IMG/VR virus record: IMGVR_UViG_3300028833_000001
Location: 127,171 to 191,170 of that record
DNA: 64,000 nucleotides
Reading direction: 5' to 3' (one strand)
DNA from: a virus
Taxonomy: Duplodnaviria; Heunggongvirae; Uroviricota; Caudoviricetes
Shown here: piece by piece, positions 38,442-47,782 of the stretch
Layout: the number at the start of each line of letters is the position of its first letter
Position numbering within the stretch: position 1 is the stretch's first letter
The notes under the pieces: model-generated
Told to the model about the DNA's origin: nothing
The model's database searches: none
What the model saw: only the letters and a program-made list of their open reading frames with translations
Position numbers and translations under genes: made by a program

Positions 38442-38990
38442 TTAATCAATAACTTCGTATCCGAACGGAACCGTGCCATCAACGATATTTTTCCAATGTT
38501 CGGCAACTTTTTCACATGCTGGTAATGCGTATTCATCACCGTTTTCAAGTCGGGCTTTTTCTGACAAATATTCATTATATAGTTCAGATGCCTTCTCTTG
38601 CATTTTTTTCCATGTTTCCGAATCTATCGTTTTTTCAAAACAGTCTTCATATTGCGGATAAAGCATTTGGTTGTAATTTAAAAGTTTCATTCCACAATCG
38701 TGCTCAGATATAAGTAATTTGTCAATAATTCCCCACATGATACATCCAACCTGGAATCCACTTAATCCAAATTGTTCTGCACACATCTCAACTGCCGCAT
38801 ATGCTAAAGATGTTGCTGCATTTGCCGTTTCTTCGTATCCATCAGCTCCGTTTAATTTATTGCAATATTCGACAAGTTTATTAGCAAACCTTTTCAAATC
38901 CTCAGGAGTATGGATTTGTGTTTTAGCTTCATTGGACCATGCTTCTTTATTTTCTGCCCATCGTTTTCTTTGTTCTTCTGTAATTTCCAT
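38442..38990 (-). CDS. hypothetical protein
   Basis: 182-aa ORF. Confidence 0.45.
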   Translation of the reverse strand: MEITEEQRKRWAENKEAWSNEAKTQIHTPEDLKRFANKLVEYCNKLNGADGYEETANAATSLAYAAVEMCAEQFGLSGFQVGCIMWGIIDKLLISEHDCGMKLLNYNQMLYPQYEDCFEKTIDSETWKKMQEKASELYNEYLSEKARLENGDEYALPACEKVAEHWKNIVDGTVPFGYEVID

Positions 38991-38998
38991 TTTAATAT

Positions 38999-39910
38999 CT
39001 ATTTGTTTTGTTCTTTAATAAAATTTTCTACAAAATCATGAAATGAATCAAATTTTTCAATTTCACATCCAAATTTAGTTGTTTTTGACAATTCATTAAG
39101 GTTGACATTGGTGTTATAAGGTGCAGCAATAAGCACTCCGTGTTCGGCTTTGCAGTTTTTAAAATTCCAATCATTGTCGTCAATAAAATAATCACAATCA
39201 ACTATTGATTTGTCTTTTGCAAAAACAATACTGTCATATTCAACACAATTTTTTTCGAGCCATTCCAGTGTTTGTTGTTTGTTTAAAGGCGTTTTTTGAT
39301 AGGTAACTATTACAATATCGCCGTATTCTTTAAGTTTTTTAATGTCTTCTGAAACATAATTGAATGGTTTTGCTTCAACAAACAATTCATGCGAATGGTC
39401 CTGAAAGAACCATTTACTTGAGGTTTGGCCAGTTTCCTCTTCTATCTTTGGGAACTCAATCTCTGTTTTATAGTTTGTAATAGTTGAAACATCTTTTGTG
39501 TCATTGAAATGCTCATTATAAAGCTTAACCATTTCTCCCAGATTATCTCTTAGTACGTTGTCAACATCAATAGCAAAAACCAATCGTTTTGTTTCGGCTT
39601 CTTGTTGTTTTAGCCATTCGTCTATTTCATCATCAACTCTTGCTTCAGTTAGCAGGAAAATATCGCGCAAGTTATTAAATTCATCAGATAAATCTCGGTG
39701 TAGTTTTTTTTCTGTATTTTTGAGGATTTGGTTATATTTTTCATACAAAACTCTTTCACCCCAAACGTATGTTTTCCATTCCTGTTGCGAAGAGTATTCT
39801 GTTATTCCGTTTTCAGTGATGCTTTTCATAACAGAACATACTTTATCAAGAACATCATTCATTCCATTATTTCTTAAAATTTTTCTAGCTTTGGCTCTTT
39901 GGTTATTCAT
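38999..39910 (-). CDS. HAD-superfamily 5'(3')-deoxyribonucleotidase-like protein
   Basis: HAD motif I (IDVDNVL) in the C-terminal half. The N-terminal ~120 aa are unknown. Confidence 0.45.
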   Translation of the reverse strand: MNNQRAKARKILRNNGMNDVLDKVCSVMKSITENGITEYSSQQEWKTYVWGERVLYEKYNQILKNTEKKLHRDLSDEFNNLRDIFLLTEARVDDEIDEWLKQQEAETKRLVFAIDVDNVLRDNLGEMVKLYNEHFNDTKDVSTITNYKTEIEFPKIEEETGQTSSKWFFQDHSHELFVEAKPFNYVSEDIKKLKEYGDIVIVTYQKTPLNKQQTLEWLEKNCVEYDSIVFAKDKSIVDCDYFIDDNDWNFKNCKAEHGVLIAAPYNTNVNLNELSKTTKFGCEIEKFDSFHDFVENFIKEQNK

Positions 39911-39931
39911 TTCAAAAAAATTAAATTAATA

Positions 39932-40138
39932 TTAACTATGTTTATTAACTATTTTTGCGACGATGTAAGGTAATAGGGATAAAAATATAATAAGCGCACT
40001 AAATAATATGAAACCAATCCATAATGGAGACAGAACCCAAATGTAACTCCACGCAATAACGCCAAAAATTTTTAAAACAATAAAAACTATTGTTAAAACT
40101 ATAATAAACATTGCTACTTTAATACTTGGATTTGACAT
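39932..40138 (-). CDS. small membrane protein
   Basis: 68 aa with two TM helices. Confidence 0.4.
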   Translation of the reverse strand: MSNPSIKVAMFIIVLTIVFIVLKIFGVIAWSYIWVLSPLWIGFILFSALIIFLSLLPYIVAKIVNKHS

Positions 40139-40194
40139 ATTTTATCAATTTTTATTTACGTTATTTTTTAATTGAAAATACGGTATGTGAATTA

Positions 40195-40539
40195 TTATGT
40201 AAATATTTTACCAATTAGTGAATAATTTGAATCATAAACTTCAATTATATCTGACTTTTCTCCAATTTCAAATATTTTTTTACACATTTTTTTACCGTTT
40301 TTTGTTTGAACTACAATATCATTGTTCACGACCTTACATATTAGAAATACACAATCAACATGATATTGATTTGGTAGCTCGTTATTTAACGATAAACATT
40401 TAACAATCCTTCCTCTTCTGAATAATTCCTTCCTGACTTTAAAATCATTAACTTCCGTATAATGACAACATAATATGAATGTAGCTAAAATAGATAATAC
40501 AAATAAAACTATCCAAATCGTAAACGCTTGCGTGGCCAT
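40195..40539 (-). CDS. membrane-anchored protein
   Basis: N-terminal TM helix. Confidence 0.4.
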   Translation of the reverse strand: MATQAFTIWIVLFVLSILATFILCCHYTEVNDFKVRKELFRRGRIVKCLSLNNELPNQYHVDCVFLICKVVNNDIVVQTKNGKKMCKKIFEIGEKSDIIEVYDSNYSLIGKIFT

Positions 40540-40565
40540 AATAATTGATTTTTTTCATTAAAACA

Positions 40566-41003
40566 TTACTTTCCAGTATGGCCAAATCCGCCAGTACCTC
40601 TTTCTGTTTTACTTAGTTCATCAACAACAACAAACTCCATAATTGGGTATGGCATTACTTGAATTTGTGCCACTCTATCACCAACGCTATATGGCTTTGG
40701 CATGTATTTATCATTGTCTTTAGTTGATTTATACTTAATAAGTAATTCTCCTCTATATCCGCTGTCTAGAATACCAACTGAGTTTGGTAGATAGCATATT
40801 GTTTTGGTGTTGCTTGAACGTGGATAAATTTTCAAACAATATCCTTCTGGTATTTCAAAGGCTAAACCAGTATGGTACACATGTAAATCGTTTTTAAGGT
40901 CATATTCATAACTGATTGCTGTTACATCACAACAAGCATCTCCATTTTTTGCGTATGATGGAATTACAGCATTTTCGTTAAGTTTTTTAATTCTAATTTT
41001 CAT
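40566..41003 (-). CDS. dut: dUTP diphosphatase
   Basis: Motifs AKNGDACCDV, RSS, GILDSGYRGEL and ERGTGGFGHTG (dUTPase motifs 1, 2, 3 and 5). Confidence 0.8.
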   Translation of the reverse strand: MKIRIKKLNENAVIPSYAKNGDACCDVTAISYEYDLKNDLHVYHTGLAFEIPEGYCLKIYPRSSNTKTICYLPNSVGILDSGYRGELLIKYKSTKDNDKYMPKPYSVGDRVAQIQVMPYPIMEFVVVDELSKTERGTGGFGHTGK

Positions 41004-41113
41004 ATTAATACAACATTTTATTGTTATAATACATTTTTTTTACCGCAAAACAAAATTGTTGCGCCATATAATATCTTATGAGACTATTTATGGTAGAATT
41101 AAAATAAATTAAT

Positions 41114-41452
41114 ATGGGTAAAACGAATAAAATAATTATATCAGAATCTAATTTACGCGATTTGGTTACTGAATGTTTTGAAAAATTATTAAAAGAAGTT
41201 ATTGGCTCTTATAACGGACACTTCGGAATGGACAACAAACACTCGATAGAAAGAGTTGCTGATGCTTTGTCTAAATTTGATGATGCTATGATATCTGATA
41301 CATACACTAATAATAATAGAATTGTAATTGAGTTTAAACCAAATTCAACACATATAAATCAAGTAATTGACATGATGAAAGAATATGGCTATAGATATTA
41401 CTCAATGAACAGTACAACATCTAAAACATTGGTTGTTTTCAAACGTAAATAA
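41114..41452 (+). CDS. hypothetical protein with the recurrent N-terminal motif
   Basis: Starts MGKTNKIIISESNLRDLVTECFEKLLKEV. Confidence 0.5.
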   Translation: MGKTNKIIISESNLRDLVTECFEKLLKEVIGSYNGHFGMDNKHSIERVADALSKFDDAMISDTYTNNNRIVIEFKPNSTHINQVIDMMKEYGYRYYSMNSTTSKTLVVFKRK

Positions 41453-41580
41453 CTTGCTATTGAAATAACCATCAACGACATACACAACTTAGTTTTAGGG
41501 GCTGTGACTGAAACAATCCGTCCATGATATAGACGACGATAGGACATTCATGTCGATAATAAAAATTTAATGATGTAAAG

Positions 41581-42408
41581 ATGAGTGTGTTTGAAAGTGA
41601 TGATAAAAAATTAATATCTCCAGAAGAAGCTAAAAAATTAGGGTTTGCGATACCTGATGAAAATCTTATCGGTTACGTTGACGGTGAATTTGTTATACCA
41701 ACAAATATAGGTGTTGGTTATAAAGTGTTTGAGCTGAAAGACGGTAAATTATATCCTCCAATGGTTAGAAACGCCAACAACTCTAACACCGAGATTGGTG
41801 TTTGGATACCAGCAAGTACACCTCCAGTTGTTGGCTATACAGCAAAAGAGCATAGACCTCAAGTAGCTGCAAAAGGTTCCACAAGCAAGACGTTAAGTTT
41901 TAGACCTGGTTGGCATCTTGGTAAATTACCAATAGCGTTACAATTTATAAAAAAACACAATAAAAAGCCTATGCTATATAAAGGACGGTTCGTTTGGCCA
42001 TCAAATTTAGTTTGGGCAAAATGCTATTATAGTAAAGACATTGATTATCAAGAAGCAGCTATGAGTTATGGAAAAACAAAAAATGGTGGATTTATTCATA
42101 GCAGAGCTGGTCTTCCAATGGTGCCGAAAAACGGAAGTTATGAGTATAGAACAAATCCAGACCCAAAAACAGAGGCTTGGGTTATTACTGGGGCCATGAA
42201 AATTGTTGATATTTTGTCTTTCGATGAAGTTGATAAAATTTTAACCGATAATGGTATTACGCCTCCAGTTGTAATGACAAACGATGAAATTAAAAAATAC
42301 AGGGAAAAATTAAAAGAATCACCTATTGAGATAGATGAAAATAAGATGAAGGAACTAGTACACGATGTGTTTAACAAACTTATTTTGGAAATATTAAATT
42401 CTAATTAA
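41581..42408 (+). CDS. hypothetical protein with the recurrent motif at its C-terminus
   Basis: Ends ...IEIDENKMKELVHDVFNKLILEILNSN. A terminator follows at 42446-42475. Confidence 0.5.
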   Translation: MSVFESDDKKLISPEEAKKLGFAIPDENLIGYVDGEFVIPTNIGVGYKVFELKDGKLYPPMVRNANNSNTEIGVWIPASTPPVVGYTAKEHRPQVAAKGSTSKTLSFRPGWHLGKLPIALQFIKKHNKKPMLYKGRFVWPSNLVWAKCYYSKDIDYQEAAMSYGKTKNGGFIHSRAGLPMVPKNGSYEYRTNPDPKTEAWVITGAMKIVDILSFDEVDKILTDNGITPPVVMTNDEIKKYREKLKESPIEIDENKMKELVHDVFNKLILEILNSN

Positions 42409-42478
42409 ATTTGTCAAAATAGTGGTGGTAAATAATGTTAAAAAAAATGGGCCCATGTTTTAGGGCCCATTTATTATT

Positions 42479-42985
42479 TTATTTTAATGAATCTCTAACT
42501 TTATCTAAAACTTTACCCAAAAGATTTTTGCCTTTCCATGTTGATTCGTCATCTGATGCCGTTTTAAAACTAACCCCTATGCCCCATATTTTATCGTATG
42601 GACTACCTTCGACAAAATGCTTATCAGCTATTGTTTCATCCATTAATTTTTCAAACAAGTCTCGGTTTTGGGTATATTTAAGGTAATTAGCATCAAACAT
42701 TATATTTTCTTTAACTTCATTCCATTTCTTATCATCGTAGTTTCTTACTAGTCTACCAAGTCTTTTAGCTTCTTTTGGGTTCGAACCATTTTCAATTATT
42801 TCGTGCGCAATATCAATGTCGTTAAAGTATAAGGCTTTTAGAAACATAAAATATTGTTCTGTATTATAAAACATATATTCAGTATTGTTTATTGTCGCAG
42901 TGAATTTTGACGGATACCAATTTGACGGCCATCCGAACCAGAAGAATATATGTTTATCAGTTACTCGTATGTTTTTATCGTTCAT
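42479..42985 (-). CDS. NADAR (YbiA/DUF1768) domain protein
   Basis: FFWFGWPSNWYPSKF...EYMFYNTEQYFMFLKALYFND...EAKRLGR...EGSPYDKIWGIGVS matches NADAR signatures. Confidence 0.7.
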   Translation of the reverse strand: MNDKNIRVTDKHIFFWFGWPSNWYPSKFTATINNTEYMFYNTEQYFMFLKALYFNDIDIAHEIIENGSNPKEAKRLGRLVRNYDDKKWNEVKENIMFDANYLKYTQNRDLFEKLMDETIADKHFVEGSPYDKIWGIGVSFKTASDDESTWKGKNLLGKVLDKVRDSLK

Positions 42986-43039
42986 ATAGTTTTTATATAT
43001 ATTTGTATATTATTATCATTTTTTACGATTAACGTGCAA

Positions 43040-44405
43040 GAAAGCCCACTGCTTTAGCTGTGGGATGAATTGCACTCTATTATAATATACATTTTTTTTG
43101 AAAAAACAAAACTTTTTTAAAAAACACACTATTTATAAGTACATGATACAGTACAGGACATATACAATCAGGCTGTTTCCGAACAGGGAGCAGGAACAGG
43201 AACTCAAAAACCTGTCCCTTGCAAGGAACACATTGTACAACATGCTTGTCGGAATCGAACAGAAAACCTACGAAGAGACCAGAAAAATAAAAACCGAGTT
43301 CGACCTCGACAGGGATATCACTGTGCTGCGAAAAGAACACCCGTTCCTGACCAAACTCAACTCCAAGGCGAGCCAAAGGGTCGCCAAGGAGGTGTATTCA
43401 GCCTATAAATCGTTCTTTAGCCTTGTCAAAAAGGACAATACAGCGAAGCCGCCTCAGCAGATAAAAGACGTGGATAGGTTCCATACTGTGGCATACAACC
43501 AGACTGGCTGGAAGTTTATCAGTGAGAACATCTTGAAACTGAACGGTTTAGTCGTGAACTACAAGGGAATCCCTGGCATGGACTACAAGTTCATGTCGAT
43601 TAAGGAAGTCAAGCTGAAACGTGTGAATGGCAAGTATCTGCTGGACTTGGGTGTGGCAAACAGTGTGGAGGAAAAACAAACAATAACCAATGAAAACAAG
43701 GTGCTTGCGATAGACCTCGGACTCAAGAACCTTTGCAACGGCGTGGACAACATAGGCTCAGTTGTAGTGTTACCAAACAAAGCCAGAAGAATAAACAGGT
43801 ACTTCAGGAAACAGATATCGGCTATACAGTCGAAGATGGACAAGCGCATCAAGGGCAGCAGCCGACACAGCAAGCTTAAAAAAACGAAAAGGAAACTGTA
43901 CAACAGAAGGAACGCACAAATAAAACAGACTCTGCATATCCAGAGCAAAAAACTAGTGGATATGAACTACAAGACGATTGTAGTTGGTGACTTGAGCGTG
44001 AAGAAGCTGATGGAGAAGGGGAGCAACAAGCTGACCAAGACTTCCAGAAGCTTCAGCGAATCATCTATAGCCACATTCATGGAATACCTTGCATACAAGT
44101 GCCAGAACAGTAACACGGAGCTGGTGACAATCAACGAGATGTGGACAACACAGCAGAACTGTCTGACAGGCAAGCTGTTCAAGGAGAAGGTCGGATTGTC
44201 CGACAGGACTGTCATGCTTTCGGATTCCATAGAGATAGACCGTGATTTGAACGCCGCAATCAACATAATGAAGCGGTACGAGCAGAATCACCTTGCGCTG
44301 CTGACAGCGCCGCTGGATGTTTCCAGTGTGGTCAACAGGCACAACCTGTTGACAGATACGTGTTCTTGAAAGAAGTCAAGAACCCCACGGTTTCAACCGT
44401 GGGAG
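43040..44405 (+). mobile_element. IS200/IS605-family TnpB-only (IS1341-like) insertion, with GC content above the surrounding DNA and subterminal hairpins at 43044-43065 and 44384-44403
   Basis: Right end: CCCACGGTT-TCA-ACCGTGGG immediately 3' of the tnpB stop. Left end: GCCCAC-N10-GTGGG. No tnpA is present. Confidence 0.7.
43143..44369 (+). CDS. tnpB: TnpB (OrfB_IS605) RNA-guided nuclease-like protein; the RuvC motifs are intact but the zinc-finger cysteines are lost
   Basis: MIQYRTYTIRLFPNREQ (OrfB N-terminus), DLGLKN (RuvC-I), DRDLNAAINIMK (RuvC-III). The CxxC..CxxC region reads QNCLTGK...LSDS. The start was taken at Met16 of the track ORF. Confidence 0.8.
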   Translation: MIQYRTYTIRLFPNREQEQELKNLSLARNTLYNMLVGIEQKTYEETRKIKTEFDLDRDITVLRKEHPFLTKLNSKASQRVAKEVYSAYKSFFSLVKKDNTAKPPQQIKDVDRFHTVAYNQTGWKFISENILKLNGLVVNYKGIPGMDYKFMSIKEVKLKRVNGKYLLDLGVANSVEEKQTITNENKVLAIDLGLKNLCNGVDNIGSVVVLPNKARRINRYFRKQISAIQSKMDKRIKGSSRHSKLKKTKRKLYNRRNAQIKQTLHIQSKKLVDMNYKTIVVGDLSVKKLMEKGSNKLTKTSRSFSESSIATFMEYLAYKCQNSNTELVTINEMWTTQQNCLTGKLFKEKVGLSDRTVMLSDSIEIDRDLNAAINIMKRYEQNHLALLTAPLDVSSVVNRHNLLTDTCS

Positions 44406-44443
44406 TATGTCAGTATTGTACATTATTTTTTTGTTTAATACAA

Positions 44444-44734
44444 CTATTTTGGGTATTGTAGTATATCATTAAATTTTGTATCAATAATAGTACATATATT
44501 AAATGGTACTATTGATATGCATTGCCCTCCAGCAGCCAATAGCATATTTTCATTGTCATTAAACGTATCTAATCTTTTTTGTTTTAACGATTCCGCAATA
44601 TTTGGATTGTCTAAACACTGCTTGGCGTATTTATCCCAATGTTCAGAGACATCTTCTTTGGTTTGTGGGTAAAAAAACCAATCTTTAAATGCATCAGAAT
44701 CTTGATTTAATTTAATTTTTACAAATTTATACAT
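44444..44734 (-). CDS. hypothetical protein
   Basis: 96-aa ORF. Confidence 0.4.
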   Translation of the reverse strand: MYKFVKIKLNQDSDAFKDWFFYPQTKEDVSEHWDKYAKQCLDNPNIAESLKQKRLDTFNDNENMLLAAGGQCISIVPFNICTIIDTKFNDILQYPK

Positions 44735-44807
44735 ATGTTTTATTATAAAAATAATAAAATATAGAAAATAGTAAACTAAAAGCTATTTATGTAAAATTAC
44801 TTTAATT

Positions 44808-45644
44808 ATGGGATTTATTAATAGTATAATTCAATTTTTCCGTGATTTGTTTTGTAACGAAAAAACAAACACAGAGACTGTAGTCACAATAAACGAGACT
44901 GATTCTAAGGTTTCTGACGATACTACTATTAAAGTGGAAAACAATGTTGAAACTGACGAAAAAGATAACACTATCAACGTTGAAAGTGCTGATGAACCAC
45001 AAGATTTGGGGCTTAAACAATTTCACGTACTGATTGATAACGGCCACGGTAAAAATACTAGTGGAAAGGGTAGCCCGTATTCGTTGGCAGGTGTTGAACC
45101 AAAGTTGTCATATAAAGAATATGCATGGGCAAGAGAAATAGCTGGTATGATTGAGGCTGAATTAAGTAAGCACGGAATAAACGCAGAAAGAATAGTTCCA
45201 GAAGAAACGGATATTACACTAACAGAAAGGGTCAGAAGGGTTAATACTAAGTGTAATTTGTACGGCGTTAAAAACACCATTTTAATATCAATACACAGTA
45301 ACGCTGCTGGCAACGGATTAAAGTGGATGACTGGACGCGGATGGAGTGCTTATACAAGTAAAGGCCAAACTTCTGCCGACATTCTTTGTGAATGTCTATA
45401 TAAAGAAGCAGAAAAAAACTTTAAGGGTATGAAAATCAGAAAAGACACGACTGATGGCGATAGCGATATGGAAGAAAATTTCACGATGTTAAAGAAAACA
45501 TCTTGCCCAGCAGTTTTAACAGAAAACTTCTTTCATGATAACATAGAGGACGTTGAATTTATTACATCTGATATCGGCAAAAATGCAGTTGTTAAAACTC
45601 ATGTTGATGGTATAATAGAGTATTTTAAACAAAAAATAAAATAA
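44808..45644 (+). CDS. N-acetylmuramoyl-L-alanine amidase (Amidase_3), a putative endolysin
   Basis: FHVLIDNGHG, ISIHSNAAGNG and LTENFFHDN, with a ~70-aa acidic N-terminal extension. A terminator follows at 45652-45677. Confidence 0.75.
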   Translation: MGFINSIIQFFRDLFCNEKTNTETVVTINETDSKVSDDTTIKVENNVETDEKDNTINVESADEPQDLGLKQFHVLIDNGHGKNTSGKGSPYSLAGVEPKLSYKEYAWAREIAGMIEAELSKHGINAERIVPEETDITLTERVRRVNTKCNLYGVKNTILISIHSNAAGNGLKWMTGRGWSAYTSKGQTSADILCECLYKEAEKNFKGMKIRKDTTDGDSDMEENFTMLKKTSCPAVLTENFFHDNIEDVEFITSDIGKNAVVKTHVDGIIEYFKQKIK

Positions 45645-45651
45645 TATTAAA

Positions 45652-45677
45652 GGCCGCTGTTTAGCGGCCTTTTTTTG
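45652..45677. terminator. intrinsic terminator
   Basis: AGGCCGCT-GTTT-AGCGGCCT + T6. Confidence 0.7.
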
Positions 45678-45691
45678 TTTAGCACAGTTGA

Positions 45692-46153
45692 TTACTTCTT
45701 TTTGTTTTTAGTCACTTTAATTGTTGTTTCTTCTGGTTCGCAATCAGTTTCCATTACATTTGTTTTCTTTGCTGTAATTTTAAGTTTTCCATCTTTACAT
45801 AGTTTAGCTTCTAGTGTTGAAGCATCAGCATCGTTTGGCAATGTGGTTGAAAAGTATGTTGAATTTTTGCAACTATGATTGTCATCTGACCACTCATAAT
45901 CACTTGAAATCTCAACAACATTCATTCCATCATTTTCGTCTACGTTGACTTTGATGTTTGAATCTTTGGCATTTGGCCCAAAGGCTGTTTCCATAACGTA
46001 TTCTCCATCAATTTCCTGGAATCCATCAATCTTGGAGGATGGTACATTCAAATTATCATACAAATCTGAAAATTTTAAACTTTTAAAGTCAACATTGCAA
46101 ATGTCATCAATAAGCTTATCAATAAAGCTTGATTTTTTTGTTAAATTACTCAT
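45692..46153 (-). CDS. Hsp20/alpha-crystallin-like small heat-shock protein
   Basis: ACD-like core (FQEIDGEYVMETAFGP...IKVNVDENDGMNVVEI...AKLCKDGKLKITAKK). Confidence 0.45.
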   Translation of the reverse strand: MSNLTKKSSFIDKLIDDICNVDFKSLKFSDLYDNLNVPSSKIDGFQEIDGEYVMETAFGPNAKDSNIKVNVDENDGMNVVEISSDYEWSDDNHSCKNSTYFSTTLPNDADASTLEAKLCKDGKLKITAKKTNVMETDCEPEETTIKVTKNKKK

Positions 46154-46179
46154 AGTACTTTAATTTTATTAAAAATTTA

Positions 46180-46398
46180 TTAAGATAGTCTTCTACTAAT
46201 ACGACCTTTTGTTAAATCGTATGGCGACATTTCAATAAGGACCTCATCGCCTTCTATTACTTTAATTCTATTTTTTCTCATTTTGCCACTTAAAACACAT
46301 AATATTGTGTGGCCATTTTCTAGTTCCACTTTAAACATTGTGTTTGGTAGTGCTTCTATAACTGTTCCTTCAATTTCTATTGGTTCTATTTTTGCCAT
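46180..46398 (-). CDS. infA: translation initiation factor IF-1
   Basis: [67 protein letters not shown] is collinear with bacterial IF-1 (S1-like OB fold). Confidence 0.9.
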   Translation of the reverse strand: MAKIEPIEIEGTVIEALPNTMFKVELENGHTILCVLSGKMRKNRIKVIEGDEVLIEMSPYDLTKGRISRRLS

Positions 46399-46399
46399 A

Positions 46400-47524
46400 T
46401 TAAATTATACTTTTTTTTATTGATTCATAAGAATCGTTGTCATTATAAAATATGTCAGACAAGGACATAGGCTTATTTGATTTATCATAACCTAACTCTT
46501 CAAGTAGTTTATTGGTTTTTTCAATACATAAATTTTTAAATTCATATTTTGATACCAATCTACCCCTTCTTAATAATGCTGGGTCAATGTTTTTAATATC
46601 ATCGTTAAACGTACAAATAAACTTAATTCCAAGGTCATCAGATAAAATACCATCAGTCATGTTTAATAGTAGTGATACTGATGATGCGCTATTGTTTTGT
46701 CTTCTATCTTGAATTACGTTTTCACAATCCTCAACAACTATAATGTGATTGTTTAATGATGATAAAAAACTACCGAATGATGGCTCACTAAACGAAGAAA
46801 CTAAGTTAGATGGTACATATACAAATTTTTTTGTTGGATTAACATGTATTAAATGCTTAATATATGTACTTTTACCAGTACCTTTATCTCCGTGTAAAAT
46901 AACTAATCCGTTTGCGTCTTTAGTTTCGATGAAATTTTTTATTTTTTCGTCTTCTTTTTTAAAATCATCGTTATAGATTTTATCTATATCAAAATTTTCT
47001 GGGCATTTAATTTTACCTTTTGTTAAATAATACGAGCCGCTTGACATTGCAAGTCGCCAATATGTGTCAGTCTGAGCATTTTCGTCACTTATTAATTGTT
47101 TAATTGAGTCTGCTAGCTCTTGAGCTTCTTTAATATGGTTGTTATCGAATAAAATATAAGATTCTGTTGCTAATCTTTCTATTCTACCATAAATATTTAA
47201 TCCGTTTATGATAAAATTAATAGAATAGTTATCGTCTTGTTGCGTATCAGTTTCACATATCTTCTTTGTGATATATGGTATAATTTCTAAATCATATTGT
47301 TCATTGTAATTTTTAATCAAAAGTTCAATAACGGCTTGTGTATTAATGTACATATCTCCAACCCTTTCGTCATATTCAAATAGGATACATCCAGGAAAAC
47401 ACTTATGCCTTGTATAAAATAAATTTTGTAGTGATAATCCATCGATGTTGCCATATAATTTGGCATCATCTTCTGACATACTAATATTAGCTTTATTATG
47501 AAGTAAATTTTCCATTTTTTCCAT
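46400..47524 (-). CDS. classical AAA ATPase
   Basis: Walker A ([11 protein letters not shown]), Walker B (IIVVEDCE) and SRH-like [10 protein letters not shown]. Confidence 0.65.
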   Translation of the reverse strand: MEKMENLLHNKANISMSEDDAKLYGNIDGLSLQNLFYTRHKCFPGCILFEYDERVGDMYINTQAVIELLIKNYNEQYDLEIIPYITKKICETDTQQDDNYSINFIINGLNIYGRIERLATESYILFDNNHIKEAQELADSIKQLISDENAQTDTYWRLAMSSGSYYLTKGKIKCPENFDIDKIYNDDFKKEDEKIKNFIETKDANGLVILHGDKGTGKSTYIKHLIHVNPTKKFVYVPSNLVSSFSEPSFGSFLSSLNNHIIVVEDCENVIQDRRQNNSASSVSLLLNMTDGILSDDLGIKFICTFNDDIKNIDPALLRRGRLVSKYEFKNLCIEKTNKLLEELGYDKSNKPMSLSDIFYNDNDSYESIKKSII

Positions 47525-47569
47525 ATCATTTTTATTAATAATACAATTAAATCACGAAAAAAACAAAAT

Positions 47570-47782
47570 TTAAATTACTCTATTCGAATTGCATTTCAAT
47601 GGTTTGCCACCAAATTTCAATGACCACACATTTTGTGACATATCTGATGAATAATTACTATCAAATAACTTATATATTGAAGCAAAATCATAAGAAACGT
47701 CACCACCGAATGTAATATAGTCATAATAATCAAACACCGAATCAGTGTCAGAAGACATTTTTCTAAATCTAGTTAACCCCAT
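47570..47782 (-). CDS. hypothetical small protein
   Basis: 70-aa ORF. Confidence 0.35.
   Translation of the reverse strand: MGLTRFRKMSSDTDSVFDYYDYITFGGDVSYDFASIYKLFDSNYSSDMSQNVWSLKFGGKPLKCNSNRVI

Noticed and set aside
46400-47524. AAA ATPase as the sigma-54 enhancer-binding activator
   Set aside because: It lacks the GAFTGA loop and the bEBP ESELFGHEKGAFTGA region, and has classical-AAA SRH features ([10 protein letters not shown]) instead.
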